Source of the DNA: an uncultured delta proteobacterium
GTDB taxonomy: Bacteria; Desulfobacterota; Desulfobacteria; Desulfobacterales; JAHEIW01
DNA length: 64,000 nt
Direction of reading: 5' to 3'
Assembly: GCA_963706575.1 (NCBI GenBank)
Contig: CAVPNL010000008.1
Coordinates: 192,001-256,000, forward strand
The notes below the pieces were generated by a model that made no database searches, was not told the DNA's origin, and saw nothing but the letters and a program-made list of their open reading frames with translations. Numbering within the stretch: the stretch's first letter is position 1; the number at the start of each line of letters is the position of its first letter. Positions 11,171 to 21,191 of this stretch are shown piece by piece. The position numbers and the translations under genes were made by a program.

Positions 11171-11610
11171 AATGTTAAATTATAACCATGGCCGTTAAGA
11201 AATGCAAGAATGGCAGGTTGATCAGGATTGAAGCATTGCTGATATCCTATTTCACGGCCATCATGATCCGGCGTGCCGGTTAAAACTCGGTAAATCGATA
11301 AATTCCCAAATGGGGATGTGCGGTCTAAAAATACCGCCGATAACGAAGAAGGCAGAAAAACATATAAATGAATAAAAATCATATTGACAAACACCTGCAA
11401 AGCGATATAAAAAACTGAAAATTTTATAGCCGACCATACGACCTCTAGCAGAGAGCACTTTTTATAATGTGTTTAAACGTTTTAATTATATATAATAAAT
11501 AAATTTGATTCATTTATCTATTTCTAATTTTGCCGTTTTGTAAATTCTGAACCTTTAGATACCTTTTTGGTTATTATCTATCTAAGAAATATAAAAGAAA
11601 GGGGGATTTT

Positions 11611-13644
11611 ATGGCAGAAAAAGAGGTCGTCGAAACTTCTGAAGCTGAAATTGCGGTACACTGGGGCGAAGAAAGTCTTTATCATCCTTCAACTCAATTT
11701 ATTGCTCAGGCCAATATGACCGATCCCGGTATTTTTGAAAGGTTCAGCCTGGACAACTTCCCGAATTGTTTTAAAGAATACGCCGATCTTCTCGACTGGT
11801 ATGAATACTGGGACGAAATCCTGGATACCAGCGACGCGCCCTGCTGGAAATGGTTTAAGGGCGGCAAAATAAATGCCAGCTACAATTGCGTCGATCGGCA
11901 TCTGGCTAAAAACAAAAATAAGACCGCCATTCATTTTGTCCCGGAGCCTGAAGAAGAAAAAGTCGAACATATCACCTACCAGGAGCTTTTCGTCCGGGTA
12001 AATGAATTTGCGGCCCTTTTGCAGGACTTTGCCGGGCTTAAAGCCGGCGACCGGGTGACCCTGCACATGCCCATGATCGCCGAACTGCCCATCACCATGC
12101 TGGCCTGTGCGCGACTGGGCGTGATTCATTCCGAAGTCTTCGGCGGTTTTAGCGGCCGGGCCTGTGCCGACCGGATTGTCGATTCCGGCAGCAACGTTCT
12201 CATTACAGCCGATTCATATTACCGGGCCGGCAACCTGCTGGACCACAAGCAAAACGCCGACATTGCCGTTGATCTGGCTGAAAAAGACGGTCAGAAGGTG
12301 GATAAGGTGCTCGTCTGGCAGCGTTACCCGGGCAAAGCGTCGAGCCCGACACCCATGGTGGAAGGACGTGATTATTTTGTCAATGACGTCTTAAAAGAGT
12401 ATTACGGCCAACGCGTCGATCCGGTGCCCATGCCGGCCGAAGCGCCGCTGTTTCTGATGTATACCAGCGGGACCACCGGCAAGCCCAAGGGCTGTCAGCA
12501 CGGCACCGGCGGGTATCTGGCCTACGTTGCCGGCACTTCCAAATATGTGCAGGACATTCATCCGGAAGATGTTTACTGGTGCATGGCCGATATCGGCTGG
12601 ATAACCGGTCATTCTTACATCGTTTACGGCCCGCTGTCGCTGTGCGCCTCCACGGTGGTTTTCGAAGGCGTTCCCAATTATCCGGATCCCGGGCGCCCCT
12701 GGCGCATCGCCCAGAACCTGGATGTCAACATCTTTCATACCGCCCCGACCGCCATCCGCGCGCTGCGCAAGATCGGCCCGGACGAACCCGCCAAATACAA
12801 TTACCACTTCAAGCACATGACCACCGTCGGGGAACCCATCGAGCCCGAAGTCTGGAAATGGTATTACGAGGTCGTCGGCAAGGGTGAAGCGGCCATCGTG
12901 GATACCTGGTGGCAGACCGAAACCGGCGGATTTCTGTGCAGCACTCTTCCGGCCCTTACACCCATGAAGCCGGGCAGCGCCGGACCGGGCGTGCCGGGTA
13001 TCCATCCGATCATCTACGATGACGAAGGCAATGTCATTCCGTCGGGCGCCGGCAAGGCCGGCAACATCTGTATCCAGAATCCCTGGCCCGGCGGATTCCA
13101 GACCATCTGGGGCGACCGTGACCGGTTTGTCGATACCTATTATGCCCGCTACTGCAAGGATCCCAAAAGCAAAGACTGGCGCGACTGGCCCTATATGACC
13201 GGTGATGCGGCCGTGGAATCCGAAGATGGCTTTTACCGGATCCTGGGCCGCATTGACGACGTGATCAACGTTTCCGGTCACCGCTTGGGAACCAAGGAAA
13301 TCGAATCGGCCGCCCTGGTGGTTGAGGAAGTGGCCGAGGCGGCGGTGGTACCGGTGGCCCATGAAATTAAAGGCAAAGAGCCGGATCTCTATATCGCCCT
13401 GAAACCCGGCCTGGAAGCGTCCGATGAGCTCGCCAAGAAAATATCGGATACCGTTTGTGTGGAAATCGGCAAGATCGCCAAACCGCGCAAAGTCTGGATC
13501 GTCACTGACATGCCCAAAACCCGCTCGGGCAAGATCATGCGCCGGGTGCTGGGTGCCATCTCAAACGACAAGGACGTCGGGGATGTGACCACCCTGGCCA
13601 ATCCTGACATCGTTGAAGAGATTAAAAAGATGGCCAAGAAATAG
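11611..13644 (+). CDS. acs: Acetate--CoA ligase
   Basis: YTSGTTGKPKG, DTWWQTETGG, PKTRSGKIMRR motifs. Confidence 0.95.
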   Translation: MAEKEVVETSEAEIAVHWGEESLYHPSTQFIAQANMTDPGIFERFSLDNFPNCFKEYADLLDWYEYWDEILDTSDAPCWKWFKGGKINASYNCVDRHLAKNKNKTAIHFVPEPEEEKVEHITYQELFVRVNEFAALLQDFAGLKAGDRVTLHMPMIAELPITMLACARLGVIHSEVFGGFSGRACADRIVDSGSNVLITADSYYRAGNLLDHKQNADIAVDLAEKDGQKVDKVLVWQRYPGKASSPTPMVEGRDYFVNDVLKEYYGQRVDPVPMPAEAPLFLMYTSGTTGKPKGCQHGTGGYLAYVAGTSKYVQDIHPEDVYWCMADIGWITGHSYIVYGPLSLCASTVVFEGVPNYPDPGRPWRIAQNLDVNIFHTAPTAIRALRKIGPDEPAKYNYHFKHMTTVGEPIEPEVWKWYYEVVGKGEAAIVDTWWQTETGGFLCSTLPALTPMKPGSAGPGVPGIHPIIYDDEGNVIPSGAGKAGNICIQNPWPGGFQTIWGDRDRFVDTYYARYCKDPKSKDWRDWPYMTGDAAVESEDGFYRILGRIDDVINVSGHRLGTKEIESAALVVEEVAEAAVVPVAHEIKGKEPDLYIALKPGLEASDELAKKISDTVCVEIGKIAKPRKVWIVTDMPKTRSGKIMRRVLGAISNDKDVGDVTTLANPDIVEEIKKMAKK

Positions 13645-13888
13645 CCATCTTTGTGTTTGTTTATGAAAAACCTGGTCGTCATTTTGCAGAAAATTTGTCG
13701 GAAGCTCAACTGAATCGATACCTGAGCTGGATGCGGAAAATGGAAGTGGAATCGGAAGCGGTTGACATTGATGAAATGCGATCAGACCATTTGTCTAACT
13801 TGCCAGGAAAAGGAGGTGATGCCGTCCTAAAAAGAGTCGTTTTGGAAATGAATCGCAAGTTATCTATTAATTAGGAAAGGAGAAGAAC

Positions 13889-15904
13889 ATGGGGACTCAT
13901 GTATACTGGCTGTTCTTTTTTGTTCTCCTTTACTGGGGCTACTGCATTACCATCGGCGTTACCGGTTACCTGAGGGCCAAGAAAGGGACCGATTACTTCA
14001 TTGCCGGCCGCTCGCTCAACATCTGGGTTTTTGTGCTGGCTGCCACGGCAACCTCATTTAGCGGATGGACCTTTGTCGGCCACCCGGCTTTAATCTGGCG
14101 CGACGGCCTGCCTTACGGATATGCATCTTTTTATGTGCTTACCATTCCGTTTACAGGTGTGCTTTTTCTCAAGCGCCAGTGGCTGATCGGCAAACGCTAT
14201 GGGTTTGTCACCCCAGGGGAGATGTACAATGGATATTTTAACTCAGAGGCCATGCGTATTCTGACCGTCCTCGTAGCGCTGTTTTTCAGTGTGCCCTACC
14301 TGGGAATTCAGCTGCGGGCCTCGGGGGTTCTCTTTAACATTTTAACCGATGGCATGTTTTCGGTTAACGTCGGCATGTGGATGCTGGCCATTGTCGTGCT
14401 GCTGTATGTGGGCCTGGGCGGTTTGCGCTCGGTGGCTTACGTGGACACGGCCCAGTGCATTTTGCTCTGGAGCGGGATTGTCACTCTGGGCATTATTTCC
14501 ATGAAATTTGCCGGGGGCTTTGATGCGCTGACCGCCAAGTTCGGCGACATCGTGGCCTGGATCAACAGTGGCGGTACGGCTGTGCCCGCCTGGGCGGATC
14601 CGGAGGCGGTCAAAGTCTTTCTGGCCAACAAGAAGTCCATCTTCAAAATTACACCGGATGGCTACAGTCATTTCGTGGCGGTGCCCGGCGTGCTTCAATT
14701 TGTCGCGCACGGCCCCAACGCCGTCGGCGGCACCTGGACCGGCTTGATGATCCTGAGTTACATGTTCGCTCTGATGGGCATTCATGCCTCGCCGGCGTTT
14801 TCGATGTGGGCTTTTGCCAACAAGAACCCCAGACCCTTTCCGCTGCAGCAGGTGTGGGCCTCCACCCTGGGTATCGGATTCGCCCTGTTTATTTTTACCA
14901 CTATGCAGGGCATGGGCGGATGGGTGCTGGCGTTGTTGCCCGGCGGTAGCGGTGAGACGATACTCCCGTTGGCCAATCTGGTGGGTGGCAAACAGGCGAA
15001 TCTGGTGCCATATCTGATCCATCTGATGAAGGATACGGCGCCGTTTGCCGTGGGTCTTCTGGCCATCTGTGCTCTGGCGGCCATGCAGTCCACCGGCGCG
15101 GCCTATATGTCCACTGCCAGCGGCATGCTGACCCGCGACATCGTCAAACGCTATATCAAAAAAGACATGAGCGAAACCCAGCAAACTTACTGGGGTCGTG
15201 TCACTGTTACGATCGTGGTCGGTTTGGCGCTGATATTCGCCACGATTGTACCGGGCGCCATCGTGATGCTGGGTGCCTTTGCGACCTCCTACGGGTTTAT
15301 GATGTACCCGGCCCTGATTGCGGTCTGTTATTGGAAATTCCTCACCCGTCAGGGAGTGGTCACCGGCCTGATCTGCGGTATGCTGGCGGTGCTGGTTACT
15401 TTTAGATTTGATTTCGGCCTGCCCTGGGGCAACAGCCCCTTGACGTTTCATGCGGCGGGCTGGGGCATCCTGTTCAACCTGCCGATCGCCATTCTGGTGA
15501 GTCTGTTCACCCAACCGAAGGGCGAGCAAGAGGCAAAGCAAGCGGAATGGCACGGTTTCGTCAAAGAACATGCCGGCCTGCCCGAGGATAAGAAGTCGCT
15601 GGTCAAATGGGGTTGGATCATTACCCTGGTCTGGTTTATGTTTGCCATCGGCCCGGGCTGTGTGATCGGCAACACGATCTTTGGCGATCCGCTGAAACCG
15701 GCTACCTGGCCTATGGGGATGTCTTCCATCTGGATCTGGCAGATTATCTGGTGGATACTGGGTATCGGCATGATGTGGTTTCTGGCTTACAAACTGCAGA
15801 TGTCGACCAACATCACCACCGATTTTGAGGCCTTGAAGCACGATATTTACGAAGATGAACCGGTCGTTGAGGAATCAGCCTCCCGCGGCCAGTCAGGCAT
15901 ATAA
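13889..15904 (+). CDS. Sodium:solute symporter, probably a monocarboxylate/acetate permease
   Basis: 671 aa, many TM helices, ATATSFSGWTF and YVGLGGLRSVAYVD SSS motifs; lies between acs and prpE. Confidence 0.85.
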   Translation: MGTHVYWLFFFVLLYWGYCITIGVTGYLRAKKGTDYFIAGRSLNIWVFVLAATATSFSGWTFVGHPALIWRDGLPYGYASFYVLTIPFTGVLFLKRQWLIGKRYGFVTPGEMYNGYFNSEAMRILTVLVALFFSVPYLGIQLRASGVLFNILTDGMFSVNVGMWMLAIVVLLYVGLGGLRSVAYVDTAQCILLWSGIVTLGIISMKFAGGFDALTAKFGDIVAWINSGGTAVPAWADPEAVKVFLANKKSIFKITPDGYSHFVAVPGVLQFVAHGPNAVGGTWTGLMILSYMFALMGIHASPAFSMWAFANKNPRPFPLQQVWASTLGIGFALFIFTTMQGMGGWVLALLPGGSGETILPLANLVGGKQANLVPYLIHLMKDTAPFAVGLLAICALAAMQSTGAAYMSTASGMLTRDIVKRYIKKDMSETQQTYWGRVTVTIVVGLALIFATIVPGAIVMLGAFATSYGFMMYPALIAVCYWKFLTRQGVVTGLICGMLAVLVTFRFDFGLPWGNSPLTFHAAGWGILFNLPIAILVSLFTQPKGEQEAKQAEWHGFVKEHAGLPEDKKSLVKWGWIITLVWFMFAIGPGCVIGNTIFGDPLKPATWPMGMSSIWIWQIIWWILGIGMMWFLAYKLQMSTNITTDFEALKHDIYEDEPVVEESASRGQSGI

Positions 15905-15940
15905 CGTTTGCACGTTAACCCTGATGAATTGGATATCAAA

Positions 15941-15970
15941 AGGATGAGGAGGCCTGTGCGCCTCCTCATC
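15941..15970 (+). terminator. Hairpin after the symporter gene
   Basis: ggatgaggaggc-ctgtgc-gcctcctcatcc. Confidence 0.6.
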
Positions 15971-15987
15971 CAATCCTTTTACGCAAA

Positions 15988-16506
15988 GTGAAACCCAATC
16001 TCCGAAAAATGCACCGACTGCTTTTAACGCTAACAATTTCTTTATTCATGGCTGCTGGCTGTGGTCTGGGAGTCTCTGATTATAAAGACGCCGTTTTAGA
16101 CGGCCTTTCCAATCTCAATCTGAACAAGCCGGAGGAAGCCCTTGAAAGCTTCAACCGGGCCATCTCAATTGATCCCACCCATACTGATGGCTACCTGGGG
16201 AGGGCCAACACTCTCAATACCCTTGGGCGTTACCAGGAGGCTCTCGTAGACTACAATCGGGTCATTGAAATGAATCCTGAAATCGCCAATGCCTATGTCA
16301 ACCGGGCGATTGCCTACAGCCATCTGAAAGAGTATGAAAAGGCCATTGCGGATTATGAAAAGGGATTGGAGCTGGATCCCGAAATAGATGATTCCCCCGG
16401 ATTCCTTGAGCGTATTTTTAGCAACACGCCGAATGTCGATAGGGGCATCCGCAAGCATCTGGAGTTTTTAAAGCAGCAGGTGCAAAAGACGGAGAGCAAA
16501 TCTTAA
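15988..16506 (+). CDS. TPR-repeat lipoprotein
   Basis: Lipobox AAGC; three TPR-like repeats (AYVNRAIAY...AIADYEKG). Confidence 0.8.
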   Translation: MKPNLRKMHRLLLTLTISLFMAAGCGLGVSDYKDAVLDGLSNLNLNKPEEALESFNRAISIDPTHTDGYLGRANTLNTLGRYQEALVDYNRVIEMNPEIANAYVNRAIAYSHLKEYEKAIADYEKGLELDPEIDDSPGFLERIFSNTPNVDRGIRKHLEFLKQQVQKTESKS

Positions 16507-16741
16507 ATCGAGTTCCATTTGAAACGGAAGAACCCGTTTCAGGTTTCAGGTGTCAGGTGTCAGACTTCAGAGCGCAGAGGTCAGACGACAGTAGACAGCA
16601 GGCAGAAAATTGAAGGTGGAGCACCAAATCTAAGTTCGACTCGGCTGAGTTAATCGATACCTGGTCGCAGGCTTTTTACCGACACCTGACACCTGACACC
16701 TGAAACCTAACGCAAAAAAATTCGAGCAAAGGAGAATACTC

Positions 16742-18649
16742 ATGGCAAACCCTTATGAAATCGCACACAAACAATCCATGGAAGACCCGGACGGTTTCTG
16801 GGGGGCGGCAGCCGAAGACTGCCATTGGTATAAAAAGTGGGACAGGGTGCTGGATGACTCCAATAAACCGTTTTATCGCTGGTTTAGCGGCGGGGAGATG
16901 AACACGTGTTACAATATGCTGGACTTTCACATTGAAAACGGCCGTGGCGAGCAAAATGCGATCATCTATGACTCTCCGGTTACCGATACAATTAAAAAAT
17001 ACACCTATACTCAATTGCGCGACGAGGTGGCCCGCTTTGCCGGCGTTCTGGCCGCCCAGGGGGTGGCCAAAGGCGATCGGGTCCTGATCTACATGCCGAT
17101 GATCCCCGAGGCCGTTATCGCCATGCTGGCCTGCGCGCGTATCGGGGCGGTGCATTCAGTGGTCTTCGGCGGGTTTGCCGCCAAAGAACTGGCGGTGCGC
17201 ATTAATGACGCCAAGCCCAGGGTGATCGTATCGGCCTCATGCGGTATCGAGGTGGCGCGCGTCATTGCCTATAAACCATTACTCGATCAAGCCATCGACA
17301 TGGCCGATTCCAAACCGGGCCACTGCATTATCAAACAGCGACCGATGGAAGAAGCCGCTATGATAGCCGGGCGTGACCTGGATTGGGACGAGGTTATGGC
17401 AACCGCTGAACCGCACGACTGTGTGCCGGTGGCCGCCACCGATCCGCTGTATATCCTGTATACCTCCGGGACCACCGGCGTGCCCAAAGGCGTGGTGCGC
17501 GACAACGGTGGACATATGGTTGCCTTAAAGTGGACCATGGGCGCCATATACAATGTGGCTGCCGGAGATGTTTACTGGGCGGCCTCGGATGTCGGCTGGG
17601 TGGTCGGTCATTCTTACATCGTTTACGGCCCGTTGCTCAAAGGTTGTACCACCATTATATTCGAAGGCAAACCGGTGGGCACCCCGGATGCCGGTGTTTT
17701 CTGGCGGGTGATATCCGAACACAACGTCAAGGTCATGTTTACGGCCCCCACCGCGTTTCGTGCCATAAAACGCGAAGATCCCCGGGCCGAATTGATGAAA
17801 AATTATGATCTGTCCAATTTCAAAGCCCTTTTTCTGGCCGGTGAGCGCCTGGATCCGGACACTTTGAAATGGGCCGAAAACAACCTGAACATCCCGGTAA
17901 TCGACCACTGGTGGCAGACGGAAACCGGCTGGGCCATCGCCGGTAACTGTATGGGGCTGCACCATTTTCCGGTCAAAGAAGGCTCGCCTACCAAAGCCGC
18001 TCCGGGCTGGAACCTGCAGGTGGTCGACGAGAATACCCAGCCGGTTGCCAGCGGAGAGATCGGCGCGCTGGTGGCCAAACTTCCGCTGCCGCCGGGCACA
18101 CTTCCTACGCTGTGGAACAATGATCAGGGCTTTTTAGCCGCCTATATGGAAGAATTTCCCGGGTATTATAAGACCGCGGATGCCGGGTTTATTGATGCAG
18201 AAGGCTATGTTTTTGTGATGAGCCGCACCGATGATATCATCAATGTCGCCGGTCATCGCCTTTCGACCGGCGCGATGGAGGAAATTCTGGCAGATCACCC
18301 GGATGTGGCAGAGTGCGCCGTGCTGGGGGTCGAAGATAAGCTCAAGGGTCAGGTACCGGTCGGCTTTGTGGTGCTCAACGCCGGCGTTAGCCGTGAACCG
18401 GGCGATATTGTCGCAGAAGTCATCCAGATGGTTCGGGAGCGCATCGGACCGGTGGCCTCTTTTAAGACCGCCACGGTGGTCAAGCGCCTGCCCAAAACCC
18501 GCTCCGGCAAGATTTTGCGCGGCACGATTCAAAAAATCGCCGATAATACGCCATTTAATGTGCCGGCGACCATTGATGACCCTGCAATTTTGCAAGAAAT
18601 GGAGGAAGCATTGATCGGCATCGGGTACGCCAAAGCCAAAAAAGAATAG
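16742..18649 (+). CDS. prpE: Propionyl-CoA synthetase
   Basis: YTSGTTGVPKGVVRDNGG, FLAGERLDP, DHWWQTETG, PKTRSGKILR. Confidence 0.88.
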   Translation: MANPYEIAHKQSMEDPDGFWGAAAEDCHWYKKWDRVLDDSNKPFYRWFSGGEMNTCYNMLDFHIENGRGEQNAIIYDSPVTDTIKKYTYTQLRDEVARFAGVLAAQGVAKGDRVLIYMPMIPEAVIAMLACARIGAVHSVVFGGFAAKELAVRINDAKPRVIVSASCGIEVARVIAYKPLLDQAIDMADSKPGHCIIKQRPMEEAAMIAGRDLDWDEVMATAEPHDCVPVAATDPLYILYTSGTTGVPKGVVRDNGGHMVALKWTMGAIYNVAAGDVYWAASDVGWVVGHSYIVYGPLLKGCTTIIFEGKPVGTPDAGVFWRVISEHNVKVMFTAPTAFRAIKREDPRAELMKNYDLSNFKALFLAGERLDPDTLKWAENNLNIPVIDHWWQTETGWAIAGNCMGLHHFPVKEGSPTKAAPGWNLQVVDENTQPVASGEIGALVAKLPLPPGTLPTLWNNDQGFLAAYMEEFPGYYKTADAGFIDAEGYVFVMSRTDDIINVAGHRLSTGAMEEILADHPDVAECAVLGVEDKLKGQVPVGFVVLNAGVSREPGDIVAEVIQMVRERIGPVASFKTATVVKRLPKTRSGKILRGTIQKIADNTPFNVPATIDDPAILQEMEEALIGIGYAKAKKE

Positions 18650-18661
18650 AGTGATATCGTT

Positions 18662-19051
18662 ATGCCCAAAGAAATTCTCATCGTAGATGATGAACCCAGC
18701 ATTGTCGTTCCGATCCAATTTTTAATGGAGCAGCAGGGCTATAATGTCATTATTGCGGTGAACGGCGAGGATGCGCTTGACATTATTTTAAAATACAAGC
18801 CGGATCTCATCTTGTTGGATATCATGCTTCCCGGAATTGATGGGTATGAAGTCTGCGAAATCGTGCGCTTGAATCCTGATTTTAGAAATGTTAAGATTAT
18901 TTTTCTGACTGCTAAGGGCCGCGAGGTCGAAATCGCCAAGGGCATGGCGCTCGGGGCAGACGCTTATATTATCAAGCCGTTTTCGAATGCAGAAGTTGTC
19001 GCCAAGGTCAAAGAGCTTCTAGAAAATACGCATGAAAAGACGGGGACATAA
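18662..19051 (+). CDS. Single-domain response regulator
   Basis: ILIVDDE, LLDIMLP, FLTAK, KPF receiver motifs. Confidence 0.92.
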   Translation: MPKEILIVDDEPSIVVPIQFLMEQQGYNVIIAVNGEDALDIILKYKPDLILLDIMLPGIDGYEVCEIVRLNPDFRNVKIIFLTAKGREVEIAKGMALGADAYIIKPFSNAEVVAKVKELLENTHEKTGT

Positions 19052-21191
19052 ATTCTGGCAGGCGATTGCGCTATCTTTTGCAGCTTGGCTAATCATATGC
19101 GTTGCTTTCGCAGTCTGGTTTAAAACTCAACTATCCCCTGAGGCGCATACCCTTTTACTGGGCCTCTTCAAAGACCACTTCGGCCCGCTTCTTATTCTGT
19201 CCGTGCTTCTGCTTCTGGTTGGCGTAATGTTTCTGGACAGTGTCTTGCGCAAATACATCCGGCCCCTACGAAAAATTGCCGAACAAATATCACTGGTTAA
19301 TCCCACCAATCCCTCACACCGCTTTGAAATATCAGGTGCCGTGGAAATTCAGCAGCTCTGTGATCGATTGAACGATGGGGCGGCGCATTACGAATCCCTG
19401 CTCAGTGATATTGAGGGCCGCGTCAATAGTGGCAGAGCCCAGTCGGAAGAAGAGAAAAATATCCTGGCGGCCATTATGTCGGAGTTGCCCGAAGGGGTAA
19501 TTGTCTGCAACCCCGACGGTCAAATTCTTTTATACAACAACCGTGCAAAACTTCTGCTGTCGGGCTTGGGCAATGACAGCCCTGAAAAATCCATACGATT
19601 TATCGGTCTGGGGCGCTCTGTTTTCGAGACTTTTGACGAAAATTTAATCCGGCACACCATCGATCAGATAACTGCTAAATTGGAACATAACGAACCGGAT
19701 GTGGTGTCGTATTTTGTCACTCCTGGAGCCGAAAATACCCTGCTAAGGGTCGAAGCCGTTCCGATTTTGAACTTCCGCAGGCATTACTCGGGTTTGATTC
19801 TGATTCTGTATGACATTACCCAGCAACTCGAAGCTCAAAATTATTTAAACCTCACCTTGCAATCCTTTACCCGCGGAATCCGGGCCTCATTTGCCGGTAT
19901 TCGCTCGGCTATCGAAACCATATTGGACTACCCGGATATGGATGCCAATCGTCTCGAAACGCTTAAAAAGATTATCCACAAAGAATCGCTGAATATCGGT
20001 GACATTTTAGAGAGCGATCCAACGCTGTCCTCTCATCCCCTCTTCAATCAGTGGCCGCTGGTTCGAGTTTCGGTGCGCGACCTGTTTGAAACATTGCAGA
20101 CCAGGTGTCGTCAGAGTTTAAATTTGCGAATCCGTATGGAAAATTTGACCGGCGAGCATTACGTCAATGTAGACCATTCTTCCTTTTTACTGGCCCTGTT
20201 AAGCGTCATTCAGCAGATCCAAACAGCCACCGGTGTAGCTGAGCTCTCCTGCCGTTTGACCCCGCTGAGGCGTTTTGTCGGTTTGGATTTGCTCTGGTCG
20301 GGTTACCCGCTAAAAGCAGACACGTTGAAAGCCTGGGAGGCACAGCCGCTGGTGTATGAAAAAGAAGGCTATTCGTTAAGCCTCCGGGAAGTGATTGATC
20401 ATCACAACGGTGAAATCGGCTTATATGCATCCAGGAGTTTAAAGGATACAGCTTATGTGCGCTTTTTTCTCCCGGTTCCCTACCTGATTAAGCCCGAAAA
20501 ATCAAGATCCTTGACGATTTTGCCCGAAAGCCGTCCCGAGTTCTATGATTTTGATATGTTTTTGCAAGCGGAGCAGCATCCGGAGCTTGAAAACCGCAAG
20601 CTGGCAGAGCTGACTTACACCGTATTTGATCTTGAAACCACCGGTTTAAATCCCAATGAGGGCGATGAGATTATTTCCGTCGGCGCGATTCGAATCGTTA
20701 ATGGCCGTTTGCTGCAAAGGGAACGTTTTGAACAACTGGTGGACCCCCGGCGATCGATACCCTGGACGTCGGTGAAAATACATGGGATTCATCCCGAGAT
20801 GTTGCAAGGAAAGCCGACGATCGATGAGGTGTTGCCGATGTTCCATGATTTTGTAAAAGACACCATTCTGGTGGCTCACAATGCGGCTTTTGATATGCGC
20901 TTTTTACAATTAAAGGAGGAACAGACCGGGGTGCGGTTTATAAACCCGGTGCTGGATACATTATTATTATCGGCCGTTGTCCACCCGTCCCACGAAGATC
21001 ATAATCTGGAAGCCATTGCCAAACGGCTGGGGGTTAGAATCCTGGCCCGGCATACATCGATGGGGGATGCCATTGCCACCGGAGAAATGTTTCTCAAATT
21101 TTTGCCGCTGTTGTCCCAGCAGCAAATTTTTACCCTCAAGCAGGCCCTGGCGGCTTCCCAGAAAACATTTTATGCCCGGAAGCAATTTTAG
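19032..21191 (+). CDS. Membrane-anchored HAMP/PAS protein with DEDDh (DnaQ-like) 3'-5' exonuclease domain
   Basis: Two N-terminal TMs, PAS-like region, VFDLETTG / AHNAAFD / H...D exonuclease motifs. Confidence 0.85.
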   Translation: MKRRGHKFWQAIALSFAAWLIICVAFAVWFKTQLSPEAHTLLLGLFKDHFGPLLILSVLLLLVGVMFLDSVLRKYIRPLRKIAEQISLVNPTNPSHRFEISGAVEIQQLCDRLNDGAAHYESLLSDIEGRVNSGRAQSEEEKNILAAIMSELPEGVIVCNPDGQILLYNNRAKLLLSGLGNDSPEKSIRFIGLGRSVFETFDENLIRHTIDQITAKLEHNEPDVVSYFVTPGAENTLLRVEAVPILNFRRHYSGLILILYDITQQLEAQNYLNLTLQSFTRGIRASFAGIRSAIETILDYPDMDANRLETLKKIIHKESLNIGDILESDPTLSSHPLFNQWPLVRVSVRDLFETLQTRCRQSLNLRIRMENLTGEHYVNVDHSSFLLALLSVIQQIQTATGVAELSCRLTPLRRFVGLDLLWSGYPLKADTLKAWEAQPLVYEKEGYSLSLREVIDHHNGEIGLYASRSLKDTAYVRFFLPVPYLIKPEKSRSLTILPESRPEFYDFDMFLQAEQHPELENRKLAELTYTVFDLETTGLNPNEGDEIISVGAIRIVNGRLLQRERFEQLVDPRRSIPWTSVKIHGIHPEMLQGKPTIDEVLPMFHDFVKDTILVAHNAAFDMRFLQLKEEQTGVRFINPVLDTLLLSAVVHPSHEDHNLEAIAKRLGVRILARHTSMGDAIATGEMFLKFLPLLSQQQIFTLKQALAASQKTFYARKQF

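Noticed and set aside
13653..13874. 73 aa ORF between acs and the symporter
   Set aside because: TTG start without a clear RBS and no recognisable motif; cannot be supported.
14342..15841. 499 aa antisense ORF, and the similar 323 aa ORF at 12391-13362
   Set aside because: Shadow frames of well-supported GC-rich genes on the opposite strand.
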